NCBI GenBank assembly: GCA_973895155.1
Contig: OZ316895.1
Span: forward strand, 7,614,184 to 7,678,183
DNA length: 64,000 bases
Direction of reading: 5' to 3'
Source: Marsupella aquatica
Taxonomy: Eukaryota; Plantae; Marchantiophyta
The notes under the pieces were generated by a model, which worked only from the letters and a program-made list of their open reading frames with translations, was not told the DNA's origin and searched no databases. Below, one piece after another: positions 35,376 through 48,881 of this stretch. Numbering within the stretch: position 1 is the first letter of the stretch; every line of letters starts with the position of its first letter. The position numbers and the translations under genes were made by a program.

Positions 35376-35744
35376 CAAGTGAAGCAAACGATCATAAGAC
35401 TACGAGAGACAGTCTCCCTCACTCGCTGGGTGATCGAGTACCCACTGTCATCATCATCTAGACAGTCCTCGGTTGGTTTGAATGGACGTCCTCGTCCGTT
35501 GCAATGTGCACGGTACAACAAGGAATCCTCGATCGTCGAATACTCTCTTTTGTTTGTTGGAGTCTCTCGTGCTCCACCATTCGGATCATCATCAATTGAG
35601 CATCTCGTTATCTTGTTAGTAATTATAACAATTAATGCAGAAGAGAAGCGAATCCCTGTTCAGATTCTCATTTATCGTGAAGTTGATTTCATGTTGTGCG
35701 TGTAATGTGTGAAGTATAGTAGAAGTGTATAAGTGAAATATGCA

Positions 35745-36017
35745 TAAGTGCTAAACGTGGATAAGTGCAGGCTCACACCTTCTTCCCCAAACTTTGCTGT
35801 GAAAATGCAGATTTAATGCACTTTCTAAAAGTGCATCTCAGCACTAGACAAAATATTTCTTAGTACTAAACCTGGATAAGTGCAGGCTCAAGCCTTCTTC
35901 CCAAAAATTCCCCACGGACAATGCAGATTCAATGCACCTTCTACAAGGGCATCTTGGCTTCACTACAGGAAAATCTCATTTGCTAAATGTGGATAAGTGC
36001 AGGCTCACAGCTTCTTC
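35745..36017. repeat. Degenerate ~116-bp tandem repeat, about 2.5 copies
   Basis: TGGATAAGTGCAGGCTCA at 35758, 35873 and 35990. Confidence 0.85.
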
Positions 36018-36050
36018 GTAGAAATATTACAGGTTTCCTTTATTGATAAA

Positions 36051-36510
36051 CTAGCCCCGATTACCCGTTCTTTGAACATGAATAGCGGGGAGAACAATAA
36101 AAATATCACCAAAATATATTCCTTATTCAAATATTTTGAAGGTTAATGAAATGATAACAAAATTATCATGCATATCATTATTTTAATAATCTAACATAAC
36201 ATACCATAGTACTCTTTTCTATGCACATCCCTAGTTTTTCTATTCTACATCCCACTTATGCACATATAATATGGTGGGGCCATAGAGATCAGTTTTTAAT
36301 ATAAATAGAAATTATAACAAAAAGCAGTCATGATTATCATTTGACATGATATACATCATAGACATCAAATTTCTCATCATTCCACATAATGAGCTCTAGA
36401 AGCCTAGGTCCTCATTCTAACTTGTAGTTGTAGATTTATAAGTAAGATGCATGTTTATATTACATAGAGTATATCCTCTAGTAATCTATAAATTTTACAA
36501 CATTAGATAT
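36051..36510 (-). mobile_element. Probable non-autonomous Helitron 3' end; the 5' (right) boundary is uncertain
   Basis: Minus strand ends ...CATGTTCAAAGAACGGG TAATCGGGG CTAG|T: a short hairpin about 10 nt before CTAG, followed by T, after a very AT-rich body. Confidence 0.45.
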
Positions 36511-37194
36511 TGCAGTCAATCTCTTGAGTAATACTTGCGCAATATCTAATGTACTTGAGTACATTACACTCAAGGCAAAGAAAGTATTAACACGTGTTGA
36601 AGTGTGTTGTAATTTTGTATGTGGAAGTTCATGTTGCTTTTATTTGGAAGTGCCTTCTGATTCTATGGCCAAGGGTGGCTTTCATGTTGCGGGGTCTTCT
36701 TTCTATTCCCTCTAAAACAAATCTAGACACTAAAGTGAATGGAAACAGGTGCAGTTGGCTTAACAAGAACTTGGGGCCCCATTCAGGTATGGTTTCTCCC
36801 AATTTTACATGGCAGGCAGTGGACCCAAGTACACGCTGATGTGGAGTACGTAATTTGTCTAGAATTTTAATCCACCTCCAGAGGTGCTCCAAACATTTCC
36901 AAAGTTTGGCTCCTTCATTCAAGTAATTTTGCATTTATTGAAGCTCATTTCAAAATATGATGGATACAAGTAGTCTTTGTTAGGAACAAGAGGTGGCCCT
37001 CAAACAAGCGTCCAGTTTGCTATGGCGAAAGAAGTGAAAATTGCCCCCCACTAGTTTGGTGCTTTATGTCCAGAATGTGCAGCCCAAATGCTAACTGTGG
37101 AATTAGGAAAATTTTCCTCTACTATTACTAGAAATAGTAAAGATAGAATACCTCGAAGGCCTTTGAGTGTAGTCATCATTACAAGTGCATGATG

Positions 37195-37835
37195 GGCAAT
37201 TATAGCTCCTCAAAACTCTAGCTACAGCCCTTTTTTGGGTGCATTATTGTTGCGGACCCATCTCCATTTGGGGGGTATCACAATGGGTCCGCAACAATTA
37301 TGGCCCACAATGCAACATATTTTTTAAGGTCTTTAGTTTTTAACCAGTGTGGCAAATGTCAGTTGCTGTAAGGGAGGAGACACTAGGAATATTTTTTATC
37401 AGTTTTTCCTGGATTATATCCTGACTGTATCCCTAGATTTACGGACAACCTTTTTGATTTTGGCTAATGGGGTCCATGATTTGGTGACAGGTGCCGAATG
37501 GCATACAGAGAATTTAGCAAATTGTAGCAAAAATTGGCGAGCACTTTTTGGGGAGGTGGAATTTGGCAAAATTTTACACCCTAAAAAGAAGTTGCACAAT
37601 GCCCTGGAAAGAGAGATTACTCTCACATCTGAATTCCGCAACTGGGGATGGACGGAGGAGGCCGTTCGTGGAGTGTACCATGGTGATTCATGAACAGGAT
37701 GCAGGCAGGCTATTTCCTGGGTCTCTAAAAATCAGTTGGCAAACATTAGGGGTAGCAGCCAAAAGCCCCCAAACAGCGGCATAATGCCCCTATAAACAAG
37801 AGGTTGAGGTTGAGTTTTGAGGAGCTATTATTGCC
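37195..37835. mobile_element. Inverted-repeat-bounded element (MITE-like)
   Basis: 24-bp arms GGCAATTATAGCTCCTCAAAACTC (37195-37218) and GAGTTTTGAGGAGCTATTATTGCC (37812-37835), with 1 mismatch. Internal perfect 16-bp stem at 37246-37261 and 37283-37298. Confidence 0.6.
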
Positions 37836-38344
37836 AAAAAAAAAACTATAAAAACTATAAAAAAACCCAAAAAAATCCCCCAAACAGCTGGAGATGCTCT
37901 GAGATTCTAACTAGTGAATCTAATCTAGTGTTCTCACCTGGAAAGCTCTAGTGAGATGCCAAAGAATGGCAGGCCCATTATCTACGCCAACAGTGCCCCC
38001 AGCTCGATTGATGTTGTGATGAATGTGGGAGGACTACTCTCGCAGCTTTTCCAAACACGTTCTTACCTCGATCGATGATTGTCATGAATGGAGGAGGAGT
38101 ATTATGGCAGCTTTTTCAGACACACCCAGGCCTGGACACATCAAACTCGACTGCAAAACTCGATGTGACTTATTACTTTCCCTCCGATCCTGGATCCTGT
38201 CTACCACTGCGTCAGCTTTAATGGGCATAATTGCCTTTGCCTCCACTATACCAACAAAATTTGGCTTCAGCTACTCTAGTTCTATTCAACTTGTCTTTAA
38301 AGAGGGTTTTTCGTTTTTTGCCTGTGTAAGGAATGTCACCCTGC

Positions 38345-38575
38345 GTGAAAGAGAAGATGCCAGGAACATTCCTTATCTGATTTTCTTACATTGTCTTATG
38401 AGGGTTGGATCTCCCTAGATTTAAGGGATGATCATTAGATCCTGGCGAATGAGGTCTGTGCCTAGGTGGGAAACTGGCTAATGTGAACAGAAAACCTAGG
38501 GGTTTTTTGCCAGAAGTGCTAAAAACTTTTGGAGAGGTGAAATCTAGCTAATTTTTGCCACTAAAAAAATACTGG
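38345..38575 (+). repeat. Dispersed repeat family, copy 3
   Basis: Collinear motifs with 34420-34625 and, reversed, with 19690-19790. Confidence 0.65.
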
Positions 38576-39849
38576 TTCTATCCCATTATTCTAGCTTGGA
38601 AGTGGTGCTCTGTTGGCTTCAACTTTAGCTTCCCTTTTAGCCCTCCTGTGGAAAGGAAAAACCTATTCCAGAAAGTACATAAACTATCTAATGTTTCACC
38701 ACTATCTAACTATCTTCCTGAAGCTGGGTTCTTTCTCTTGTAAAATTAAATATGCACCACTTGACTAGCAAACTTACTCTCTTGCTAGCCAAAACTTGGG
38801 TCAATTTTCTTCAAAAAAACCTCATTTTCTGGACTCCTTTGTTGGCTGGCAAACCACACTCCTACAAATGCACTACAACTTCAAATTCAGCAAAAATCAA
38901 ACTAAGGCATAAGGAACTGCAGGGGTGACCTTGCTAGCAATGCCCTTCCTCACTGGCAAAAATTACTCTGTTGCTTGCATCATACAAACCTCAACCCCCA
39001 TAGACACGAAGTGCTGCAAACAAGCACAATAATGATTGCATGATGTTTGGGACAGTTCTCATCAAATGCTCTTGGAAATGTGAGTTTTAGAAGTTTTCTG
39101 GGACATATTGGGCATCATTTCAGGTGGTGTTACATGGACACAAAATTGATATTGTAAGAGACAGAACAGTATTTGAGGGCTATCAATACACCACTTTTAG
39201 AAAAAATAATTGGGAGAAAAGTGCTGCAAATTAAGTTCAAGCTCTATTGGCCGTGCATTGTAGGTGGATGAAAATAATGCAGGCCAATTTCTAGACACAG
39301 GTCTTACAAGGTGGACATTGAATCATACTCCCATAACACTATTTATAGTTTTACTTTGTTCATGTTTTTTTACAATATGGTTTGTGTGTGTCCACCCTAG
39401 TCTCCAGAACATTCCTTTCCTTCCATGGGGGCATTCCTTTCATGAAATTGCCAGCAAAGAATGACATAGAATGCCCAATAACGGGCCAACAACCAACTCA
39501 CAAGAAATGAAGATCAGCATGCAAGAAGCGGGGAAATAATACATCATGGTGACAAAAAAAGTCAGCAGGTCCACTTTCTAGTCAACAGTTGCGGGTGCCT
39601 TTTTTATTGATTTTCAAAATTTCATATAGAAACAAGAAAATCCAGCAGCATTGAAGATGCTCTAAAAGCTAGCAGTCCATGCCTTTTTGAATGTTTTCTG
39701 GGTTTTAGAGTTACTGTGGCAGCAAACTTGGTCATTTGAGGGGCAAGACAAGGAACCGCAAAAGTCATGAAAATCCCGAAATGAAATGATACAAATGAAA
39801 TGGGCCAAGCACAAACCACTCAAAATGAATCAAATGGAACTATTGGGGA

Positions 39850-39987
39850 GGAATTTGCTTGATGGGATGTTACTTGATAGGACCCCTGAGTGATCCAGGC
39901 CGTTGATTGACCTTGAATCAACTACTCGAAACTTCCGGGGTTCTATCAAGTAACTCAATTCATTTTGGGGTCCATTAAGCAAATCCC
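39850..39987. mobile_element. Small fold-back element (mini-MITE-like hairpin)
   Basis: Outer arms GGAATTTGCTTGATGG / CCATTAAGCAAATCCC; inner arms GTTACTTGATAGGACCCC / GGGGTTCTATCAAGTAAC. Confidence 0.65.
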
Positions 39988-40921
39988 TAAACTATTGGAA
40001 CTGTCGACTAATTGCAGCCAACAATTCCCTTCACTAGTTCACTGTAATTAGTTTGGGTAACTAATTGGCTGAGCAAGTTCAATTGTGTGATCGGCCCAAG
40101 AAGGTATTTTTTGGAAGGACTATAAATCTTGTTGTCAGAAGAACTGTACATGGTATTGTCTAAAGTATTGTACATCATATTGTCACAACAGGAATGTCAC
40201 AAAGAGCCTATTGTGACAGCAAACCTTTGATCAAGGGCCTGGTTAGTCTTACTTTCACAAATTAGCGTGACCCACACTAATTCATAAGTAGGCGGATGGT
40301 CTGATCTCTCTGCCATTGCGAGCTTGCACTCAGTGAAGCAGAAATACAAGAGTCCATGTTTGGGCTCTCGTCAAAGAAGCAAGGCGGCAAATGCACGCTT
40401 CTTGCCTCTCTGAGTGAAGCTTCATTGTGCTTAGAGGTTCAAAATTGAGCAATGCAACCAATGCCGGAGTCTTGGCTCTCTGATCAAAGTAGCAAGAAGC
40501 CAAGACATCATCTAATACAATTAAAGTGGACCAATGTAGCACAATTGAAGTAGATTAATGTAGCAAAAAATGGCTACTTGCTGCCCAGATACCCATGCCC
40601 ATGTACATGAAGGGCTCCATGTACCCAGACTCCTATACATCTCCCTACTCACAAGCATCGTCAAACTATCAAAAAATTATGTTACCAGAGAAATTGGCCT
40701 ATGACTTCAGTCTATGAGTGGATCATGAATGGTAAACTTTGATCACAAGTTATATTCTAGATAAACAGAATTTAGTGTGACAAACACTTACTCAAACTTT
40801 GCATCTCTCCCATTTTTGTTTGATTTCACACTACTAACACAATATATCCAAAGGGGGACTGTCAAACAAATTATTCTAAACCTGCATTATTACTCCCCAC
40901 TGTGGAGGGTGAAGTCAGCAG

Positions 40922-41308
40922 CCCAGTCCCAGCCCCTCAAGGCCTCCCAGCCTCTCCTTTAGAGTACATGGTACAAATACAAGTGAGGGAGTGAGTGCAA
41001 CTTTGAAAGAGTAGTCCAGGTGCCCTTTTGGAGTCTCGTGCAGCAAGAAGAAGGCCCACCTTTTTTTGGGCAGGGTTTTTGGTTTCTACAAGAAGTTCCA
41101 CTTTGACCCCGACTTCTCCCAGCCCCAGCCCCTCAAGACCTCCTAGCCTCTCCTTTAGAGTACATGGTACAAAGTACAAGTGAGGGAGTGAGTGCAACTT
41201 TGATAGAGTAGTCCAGGTCCCCTTTTGGAGTCTTTTGCATCAAGAGAAGAAGGCCCATCTTTTCTTTGCAGGTTTTTTGGTTTCTACAAGAAGTTCCACT
41301 TTGACCCC
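40922..41308. repeat. ~196-bp tandem duplication upstream of GDSL paralogue 2
   Basis: CCCAG...AGAGTACATGGTACAAA...AAGTTCCACTTTGACCCC at 40922 and 41118, with scattered mismatches. Confidence 0.93.
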
Positions 41309-42170
41309 ACCCTCACAGGACAGAAACAGCCAGCTCTAAGTGAGAGGGCACCCTCTCTCTCTCCCTCTCCCTCTCTCTCCCTCTCCCTCATGCAACGTTG
41401 CCAAAAAGTCCTGTTTTCTACCCCTCCTGTTTCCAGCACTCATCAAGGCGGACAAGCCCACAAAAGACAGCCAGACATCCCCACCATGACTGTGTGCGCT
41501 GAATCCGCGTCTGGTTATGTCTGCTCTGCCCGTCTCTCTGCTCACCCACTTCATGATCCACCCATTTCCATTTTCATCGCTCCTGGTTCAGCTGGTGCAT
41601 CAAGCCCACCATGATGATGATGACCGTGTTGTAGAGGCTTAGAGGTCTTTCTCCAATCCTCCCTTCCACTGCAGCAGTTGCAAGCAGGCAGCTGCAACGG
41701 TGGCATCTGATCAGCTGGAGGACCCTGTTCGTTGAGTTCGGCACATTTTGATTCCGGTGCCGTTTGTTTGTGAGGTGCAGCGTCTGCTTTTGTGTGTCGT
41801 GTCTATCAGCTGCCAGTAAGTCGCTGAAGGTGGCTGATGGTGGGTCTTCCCGTCTGGGAGGAAAAAAAAGTGGCAGCTCGGTGCAAGTGGAAAGTGGAGG
41901 GGGCCTTCGACTCATGATGATCTCAACCTCGTCTTTCCGGGAAAACCTGTCATTTCGGGTAGTGATCGAGTTCTGAACTTCGACTGGCTACCGAATTGTT
42001 TTACTGTTGGGATCTGTTTCTCGACGAGAATCCGAGAGCTTCTCCTCACGACGAGCTGAGCAGCTGATCCAATCGTTGGACGTGAAGAGAGAGAGAGAGA
42101 GAGCTAGGAAAGGAGAGGAGAGAGAAATTGCGTAAGGGAGACGAGACAGGGCGGCAGCAGGGTGGTGACA

Positions 42171-45100
42171 ATGAGGGAGACCTCACGGAGTCCCGCTTTT
42201 CCAGGGGTGTTGGTGGTGCTGCTGCTAGTGGCATTCGTCTCTGTGAGACCTTCTGTAGTGAAAGCATCGTGTTTCCCTGCACTCTTCAACTTTGGCGATT
42301 CCCAGTCCGACACGGGAGGCATCCAGGCCACCTTCCCAAGCTACACACCAGCTGAGTATCCGCCCTATGGGGAAACTTTCTTCAAGAGCCCTCAAAATCG
42401 GTACTGCGATGGAAGGCTTCTGATTGACTTCGTGGGTAAGTCAGCTGCCCTCATCTGTGATGTGATCTCATGTTTGTTTCACGCGATCAGATCTTGTAGA
42501 TCAGATCTGTGCTTGTGAGCACTTAGTCAGATGAGACAGATGATCTTCGGGATGCTTTGGCTTGCCCTATCCTAGAGCCTCTATTTCGTGTTACTGGATC
42601 ACGTGTCTGGAAGCTGTGGGTTGTGGTGGTGATTGGTTAAACAAATGCCTATTAACCATGACTGTAGCTTGGTCCGGCTCAAGTTACCGATAATTCGATC
42701 TGGACACCGACCGAACCCCAACCAGGTCCCCAATCTCACAGCAGATCCCCATTTGAGTGGTGCAGACTGCCTGCCCTGCAAACTGATGTCATCCCTGTTT
42801 CTCTTTCTCTCCATCTCCAGCCCTGCGATCGGCAGAGGCATGTGAAGCCACCGGGCTAGACCATGCACCATTCCTGAAAATGTTGACTCTTCCCACCAGT
42901 TCTCCCATTGTAGCACTTTGAAGGCAGAAAGCTGGAAGAATAGTCCCTTAGAGATCGAGATGATCAATAGGATTGTCCATTTTGGTGGAGCTCCAAAGCA
43001 AAGTTATTATAATCAGACGCCCTACCGTGGTGAAGTAGCCGAAGAATGACCGCAGGGATTTCTGGCAATAGGGGCTCAATGACACGCAAATGATCACACG
43101 ACGTACAAAACGTCGGATGTACCTTGGAGGACTTCTCGCTGTTGACTTACCAAGACTGAGAATGTACTTGGGACATGGGATGTAAATGTGGTCTCTTTGC
43201 TACTTCCCTGTTTGAATCCCCAATCTTTGTAGAATGTGACCCAAATCTGTGGATATCGCTCGCTCCCTGCTCGTGTCCACATTGTACGAGAGAAGTGAGA
43301 CGAAATGGGGATTGGGATATGATTCAGGACGATTGATCTGAGCTGGATTTTCATGTGGGGTACGGAAACTTGACTTGGTGTTTGGCATCTCCTGATTGCA
43401 GCGGAGGGACTAGGTCTTCCGTTCTTGGATCCATACCTACAGTCCGTGACGTCGGATTTCAAGCACGGGGCAAACTTTGCCACGGCCGGGGCTACTGTGC
43501 GGCCAGTCACATACCTCAGCCCGTTCTTCCTGCCCATTCAAGTTGGTCAGTTTCTTTCCTTCCGGAAGGGCGTGCTGGACATGTGGAACAAGGAAAAGTG
43601 GACGTATACTCGATCGTCGACTGACGTCAAATCGGCTAGTGGATGTAGGCCTCCTCTCTCTTTCCTGAGTAGAATTCCTCTTTGAGCTTTTGAAATGGTA
43701 GTCTGTGGAAGATAGTGAGCTCCTTGGAATTGACCTCGTAAGTAGAAGAGCTGGTTGTACAGTGTATTTTTTATGTTGCCGTAGGTTGTTCGAACATCTA
43801 GGAAAACTGTTCAGATGGTGGTGATCAGCCTCTGGTTGCGTCGTGTCAGAGCGTGGCCTTTGATTGTAAATGCCGATTGTCTGTTTTTGAACATGGTTTT
43901 CCTGAATTCGGGGTTCGAGGGATGCGTTGGGTAACGTCATGTTAAATGGTCTGGAATAAAACCGCATAGACCACAGGATACTGGTATTTCATCTGAACTA
44001 AGGAGGTCAATGGGCTTGGGAAAAATGTTGGGCAATCGTCGGATGGCAATCTCACTATTGCTACAGAATTTGAAGCAGATCTCTCTCCGTAGTACTCGGT
44101 CAGGGAGATGGAAATGGAGTACCTCAGGTTCATTTTCCTAGAAAAGAGTTTGCATCGGGCATATGTATGCGGGCCTGAGATGAATGTCGTGGGCGGTTCA
44201 ACAATGAGGGCGTATGTACCTGGATTTGCATAGCCTGACAAATTGTTCTACTATGAGGGGGGTTTGGGGCTTACTTTGTTGTATGTGTTGCTCCTTGGTG
44301 TGCACAGTCCGTGCAGAAAGGCTCAATCGCCTTCCTCCACCAGAGTACTTTGAGAAAGCTCTCTACACCATTTGCATCGGCGGAAATGACTACACTTTCG
44401 GCTACACACATGGGAAAACCATCGATGAAGTGAAAGAATATCTTCCAGAAATTGCGGACGGCATTGCCAACGCCATCCATGTAAGCGTTGAACTTTTTTT
44501 GCTCTTCAGTTCTTTGAATAGATGTATCACTGGGTGAACTAAGAGTCATGATTGAAGTGGACTGTAAGATTCATTTTTTTGTGAGAACTCGGCAAGTCAC
44601 GTTCTTTTCTTATGATTGCGAATCATTTCATCACAAATGGGAGTGAAAACTGAGTGCAAGGTTCTACATCCAACATCTCGGGGCTCTTTTGCAGAGGATT
44701 CATAATGAGGCGGGCGGCAGGAATTTTATGGTGTGGGATATGGAGCCACAAGGCTGCCTACCGTACATGAAAACATTGATTTGGCATGAGGATAAGGAGC
44801 GAAACGAGATGGATTGCCTTCCTGCGTACAATGAGGCTGCGATGTTCTTGAATAATTTGTTGAACACAACACTGGAAAGATTGAGGGAAATATATCCCGA
44901 CTCAAATATCATATTCCTTTCGACTTATCAAATGAAAATGGATATCTTCCATAACCCTTCCAGAGCAGGTAAATTCGCTCATGTTCACACTAACTCTTTC
45001 CATCGAATTTTGTTTGTGTTGCGCCATTCTGTGATCAGAATCTGTGTCCATTTCGTGCGGACCTTCTCTTACCTGTGTATGCACTCATCTAGATGCAGTC

Positions 45101-45814
45101 TCTGCACTAGTTGCGCACTGGCGATGACATTCACGACGGGTCTTTTCCAGAGCCAGAAATTGCGTTACCCTTCTTCTTGGCCAATCTGATGGGAGTGTTC
45201 TAAATGGATCCATGATTGAAATCTGGGAATGTGGGTTTGAGTGTTCGATCAATAGATTCGATCAATAGATTTCTAAACTCCTTCGATCATCTCAATTCCG
45301 AATCCATCTGGAAAAAGCCTATTGCGCCACATTCTAGAACCCAGAACAGAGGTCACCTTCTTAGCCTTTTGTCTGTGAATGGCCTGTGGTCCTGGTGCAA
45401 TGTGTCCGAAAAGATAAGCGTTAGCTCTTGCCCTTTAAGGTTGTGGAGAGCAGGTGCGACACAGGTTTTCCAGATTTAGTGTTCTCGTTGTTGGTAGTAG
45501 AATCGTAATGGAGCTTGACCAGAACTTTTATCTTATTGGTTACAGGATTCAAGACTATCCACAAGGCGTGCTGTGGAATTCCCAACAGATGGCACTACGA
45601 CCTTCGGGTAGCGTGTGGGCAAACAAACGTCATAGATAATGTCACCCTTGCTTCAGAGAAATGTAATGACCCGAATGAGTATGTCGTGTGGGATGGAGTG
45701 CACACCACCGAAGCTGCAAATCGGTACCAAGCGAAGCAGATTCTAGCCGGAAGATACCTCTATCCACCCTTCACCAAGCTTACTGAGGATTGTGACCTCA
45801 GCCCCCTTACATGA
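42171..45814 (+). CDS. GDSL esterase/lipase (SGNH hydrolase), secreted; paralogue 2
   Basis: Exons 42171-42435, 43402-~43644, ~44308-44480, 44695-44968 and 45546-45814 (the exon 2/3 junction is ambiguous). Signal peptide, FNFGDSQSDTGG, RYCDGRLLIDF, HGANFA, GGNDY, GCLP, ACCG and WDGVH; ends CDLSPLT*. Confidence 0.92.
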
Positions 45815-48800
45815 GAAAAATATTAGTAGGTTTAAATTCTCCAGAGTAGTTTTCAAAAAAGAGCTAATTTGATTTGGCCGTAAAATTTAAGCTGCGTTAG
45901 AAATATTAGGCTGTCCTGCGATTTGGCATATGAACAGTCAACTCAGCCACATTGGCTGGAAACCACATCCTTGGTACTACCCTTACAAGCTTCATCGTTG
46001 TGAATAGAGCATTCTCAGCAGCAGGTGAAAGCAGGTGCGGCTCTATCAATCAATTAATGTCCACAAGCGCATCCATAATAAATAGTCAGCTGGGTTAGTG
46101 AGCTTACTTTTTGTTATTTGCGCAGAAAGGAAGTCCACTTCTTGTGTAACTCTACCAGAAACTTAACGACGTCGCAGAGTGGCGATCAGTCTCACTTGCT
46201 TCACCGTGTTTCAGAAGCTACGGGAGCTGAATCCTTTTCTTTTCGGATTTGGGGAAGTTTTGCCAGATATTCTTCACCCTTGCAGCCAGAACCATAACAA
46301 TGGACTTTCCTCCCCTTGACGGTCATTCCCACCCACAAACATGGCTTCCTCTCTCTGGTTCTAAGCCCTCCTTGTGAGTCTTACTTAATATTTTCATATA
46401 CTAACGCCATAAACTCCCTGACAGCTGGGCCGCAAGATTCTGTGATTCAAAGTCTCCAACTCTTCCCGAGCATTTCGAAGATTCACAGGGAGGGTTCAGT
46501 CGGTGATTCAAATCTCAGTATTACTTGCATGGATCAAGTTAACTCTCCCAAGCATGGTATTTGGAAGGTTCACAAGGAGGGTTTACACCTGGTAACCTAT
46601 GGGTTGTTGAAGGAATGGTTGTTGAAGGATTCTACAGACTAGCTCGATAACCTGTTCCTTGAGCTGAACTTGATATGAAAGAAAAACGATCTTGCACAAT
46701 TAAATTTCTATGGTATGTCCCGCCATCCGTGTATTTTGTTCACCCTAATTTTAGTAGAGCCGATGTTACTTTTTCCTTTCTCATTTTGAGTTTTGTTTCA
46801 TTGGGACTCATTATCAATTTTGTTTCATTGGGACTCATTATCAATTTTGTTGTATTCACTCTAGAGATGGGCCCTTAAGAGTAGGCTTTAGTTCATGCTT
46901 TTATGATGAGATTCACAAATAGGGTTTAGGCCTGGTAACCCACTAGGGTTATGGACTCTAATCCACTCTAGCTTACTGCAGTGACTGATTACTCATTCCA
47001 GCCCGGGAGTAGCCCTACATTTCTCTTCTTACCTTTGAAACTCAACTTAATATGTCATGGGCCTTCATTCCTTAAGTGCTAAGTCCGACATGCCCAATGG
47101 ACCCCATTACCCACCCAAAGGTGGAACTAAAGTCAGAGTGTTTTGGTAATTGTCAATGCTGAAGTCAGCACCACCTACCTAGAATGTAGTTATCCAGGAT
47201 TGGAACTTCGGTGTTCATGTTGCTGCACTGAATTATCTTTTCCCAGGCACAGTCCGAACTTGAAATCTGGCATTTCTGCTGTTTTTCCCTGTCACAATGC
47301 TTAACTCAAATAGCACTTTTCTTCAAATAAATGTTCAATATTTTGGGTGCCAACTAATGTTTCGATAGATTGAACTCCTGAGTTTGTGTTCTGCCTGGGC
47401 AACAACTAGTTCAAACCCTCAACGCCTCCATTTGAGCAAGAACGGGGTTTTGATACTGTTTAGCCAAAAACTGTACTTCAGCATTTTAACAAGTTCTGAA
47501 ACAGGCCTTCCCAGCTCACCAGACTTTCTTCCCAGCAGGACTTGACATGCACCATAGCCCCACGTACCCTCTTATTCTGAAGGTTGGACAGCCAATTCAT
47601 CATCACCGCACAGTTCCCTGCTTCTTCAACAACTTCGCATGTGAGAAGGGAATCGCAAGCAGGGATCATTTCCCACTGCCACCCGCCGATGAAGGTCCCA
47701 CTCGCCAACACCCTCGCCTTACCCTGAGACTGAGTCACAGAAGCACCATGCGTGGGAATGCTCCAAATGCTAGTTTTCAGCTACATCATCTTTGACACTA
47801 CACCCTAATCCTTGAGTTAACCATCATGCATTGAGGGGTTAAGATCAACCAAGTGCCATATGCAGCACAGGGTGTCGGGCAGAATCTACAGAAAATGGCA
47901 AAATCCCCGGTTTCCGACATTGCCATCCTATGCCAATGGGATAGTCTATCATGTATTTGAAGGTGAGGCAGGTGAGGCACTTGGTTGCTCGTCTATCATG
48001 TCACAAAGATTGAGCGGCTGAAGAATGTTCAGTTACTTAACGGCTGCGGTTCAAAGGTTTGACTGTATATATTTGTGGGGCGACTTTTGTGAATTCATAC
48101 CCCAATTACAATCTACGATAACCTTTTCACTTCAGATATAATTTCACTACTGCATCCAAAAATCGGTATCCTCTTCATGTCACGGTTGCTATAGTCAATT
48201 CTGTGAATTTCATTCTGGATTAAAATCTAGAACAACATTTCCTGCAGAACGAGACATTTAAAGACTGGATCTGACAATCCATCCTCTCACCCCTTCGTGA
48301 CACAATTCCAAAAGACGACAACCTTTATAGACGTGTTCATATGAACAAGATTGGATTAGCCTGCACAAATTCAGGGAAGGAAGTCCATGGGTCATATGCT
48401 CCAAATTTAAAAATAAATTGGTGTGTGCGTCCATCTACAACCTGTCTGCTGCAGAGATTACCTCCCAAGGAGCAAACCGTACTTCAACCACTGAAGACAG
48501 AGACTAGTGTGAGAAGCTCTCCAGGCAGGGATTTTACCAGGCACCAAGGCCTGAACCTGCACAATGCACTCTCAACCCTGCCCAGAAGTATCACAAGTAG
48601 TTATGGACCGCTCCCTACATATTTGTGCCCGAATCGAGAGTTTACCTCTCAATCTCACTACCCAAACTGCAAGTATTTCTACTTGCAACTTTGAAAGCAA
48701 TGAGAAAAACTCAGAGGCACGTTCGTCAGCTACTTTCACAATAAACACTGCATGCCAGCGAGATTATCCCTCCTATCGTTACGAAGAACCAGAGATCATG

Positions 48801-48881
48801 GGTGCCCGCTGAGTCATCACAGCTACCTTCCAAACCTTTCCCTGGAACAAACCACGGGACCAAGATGCCTAGGCCTCAACA

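Noticed and set aside
34673-35705. Repetitive ORFs (LRHPREVDGSI...)
   Set aside because: These are translation products of the ~221-bp tandem repeat, with frame changes between units.
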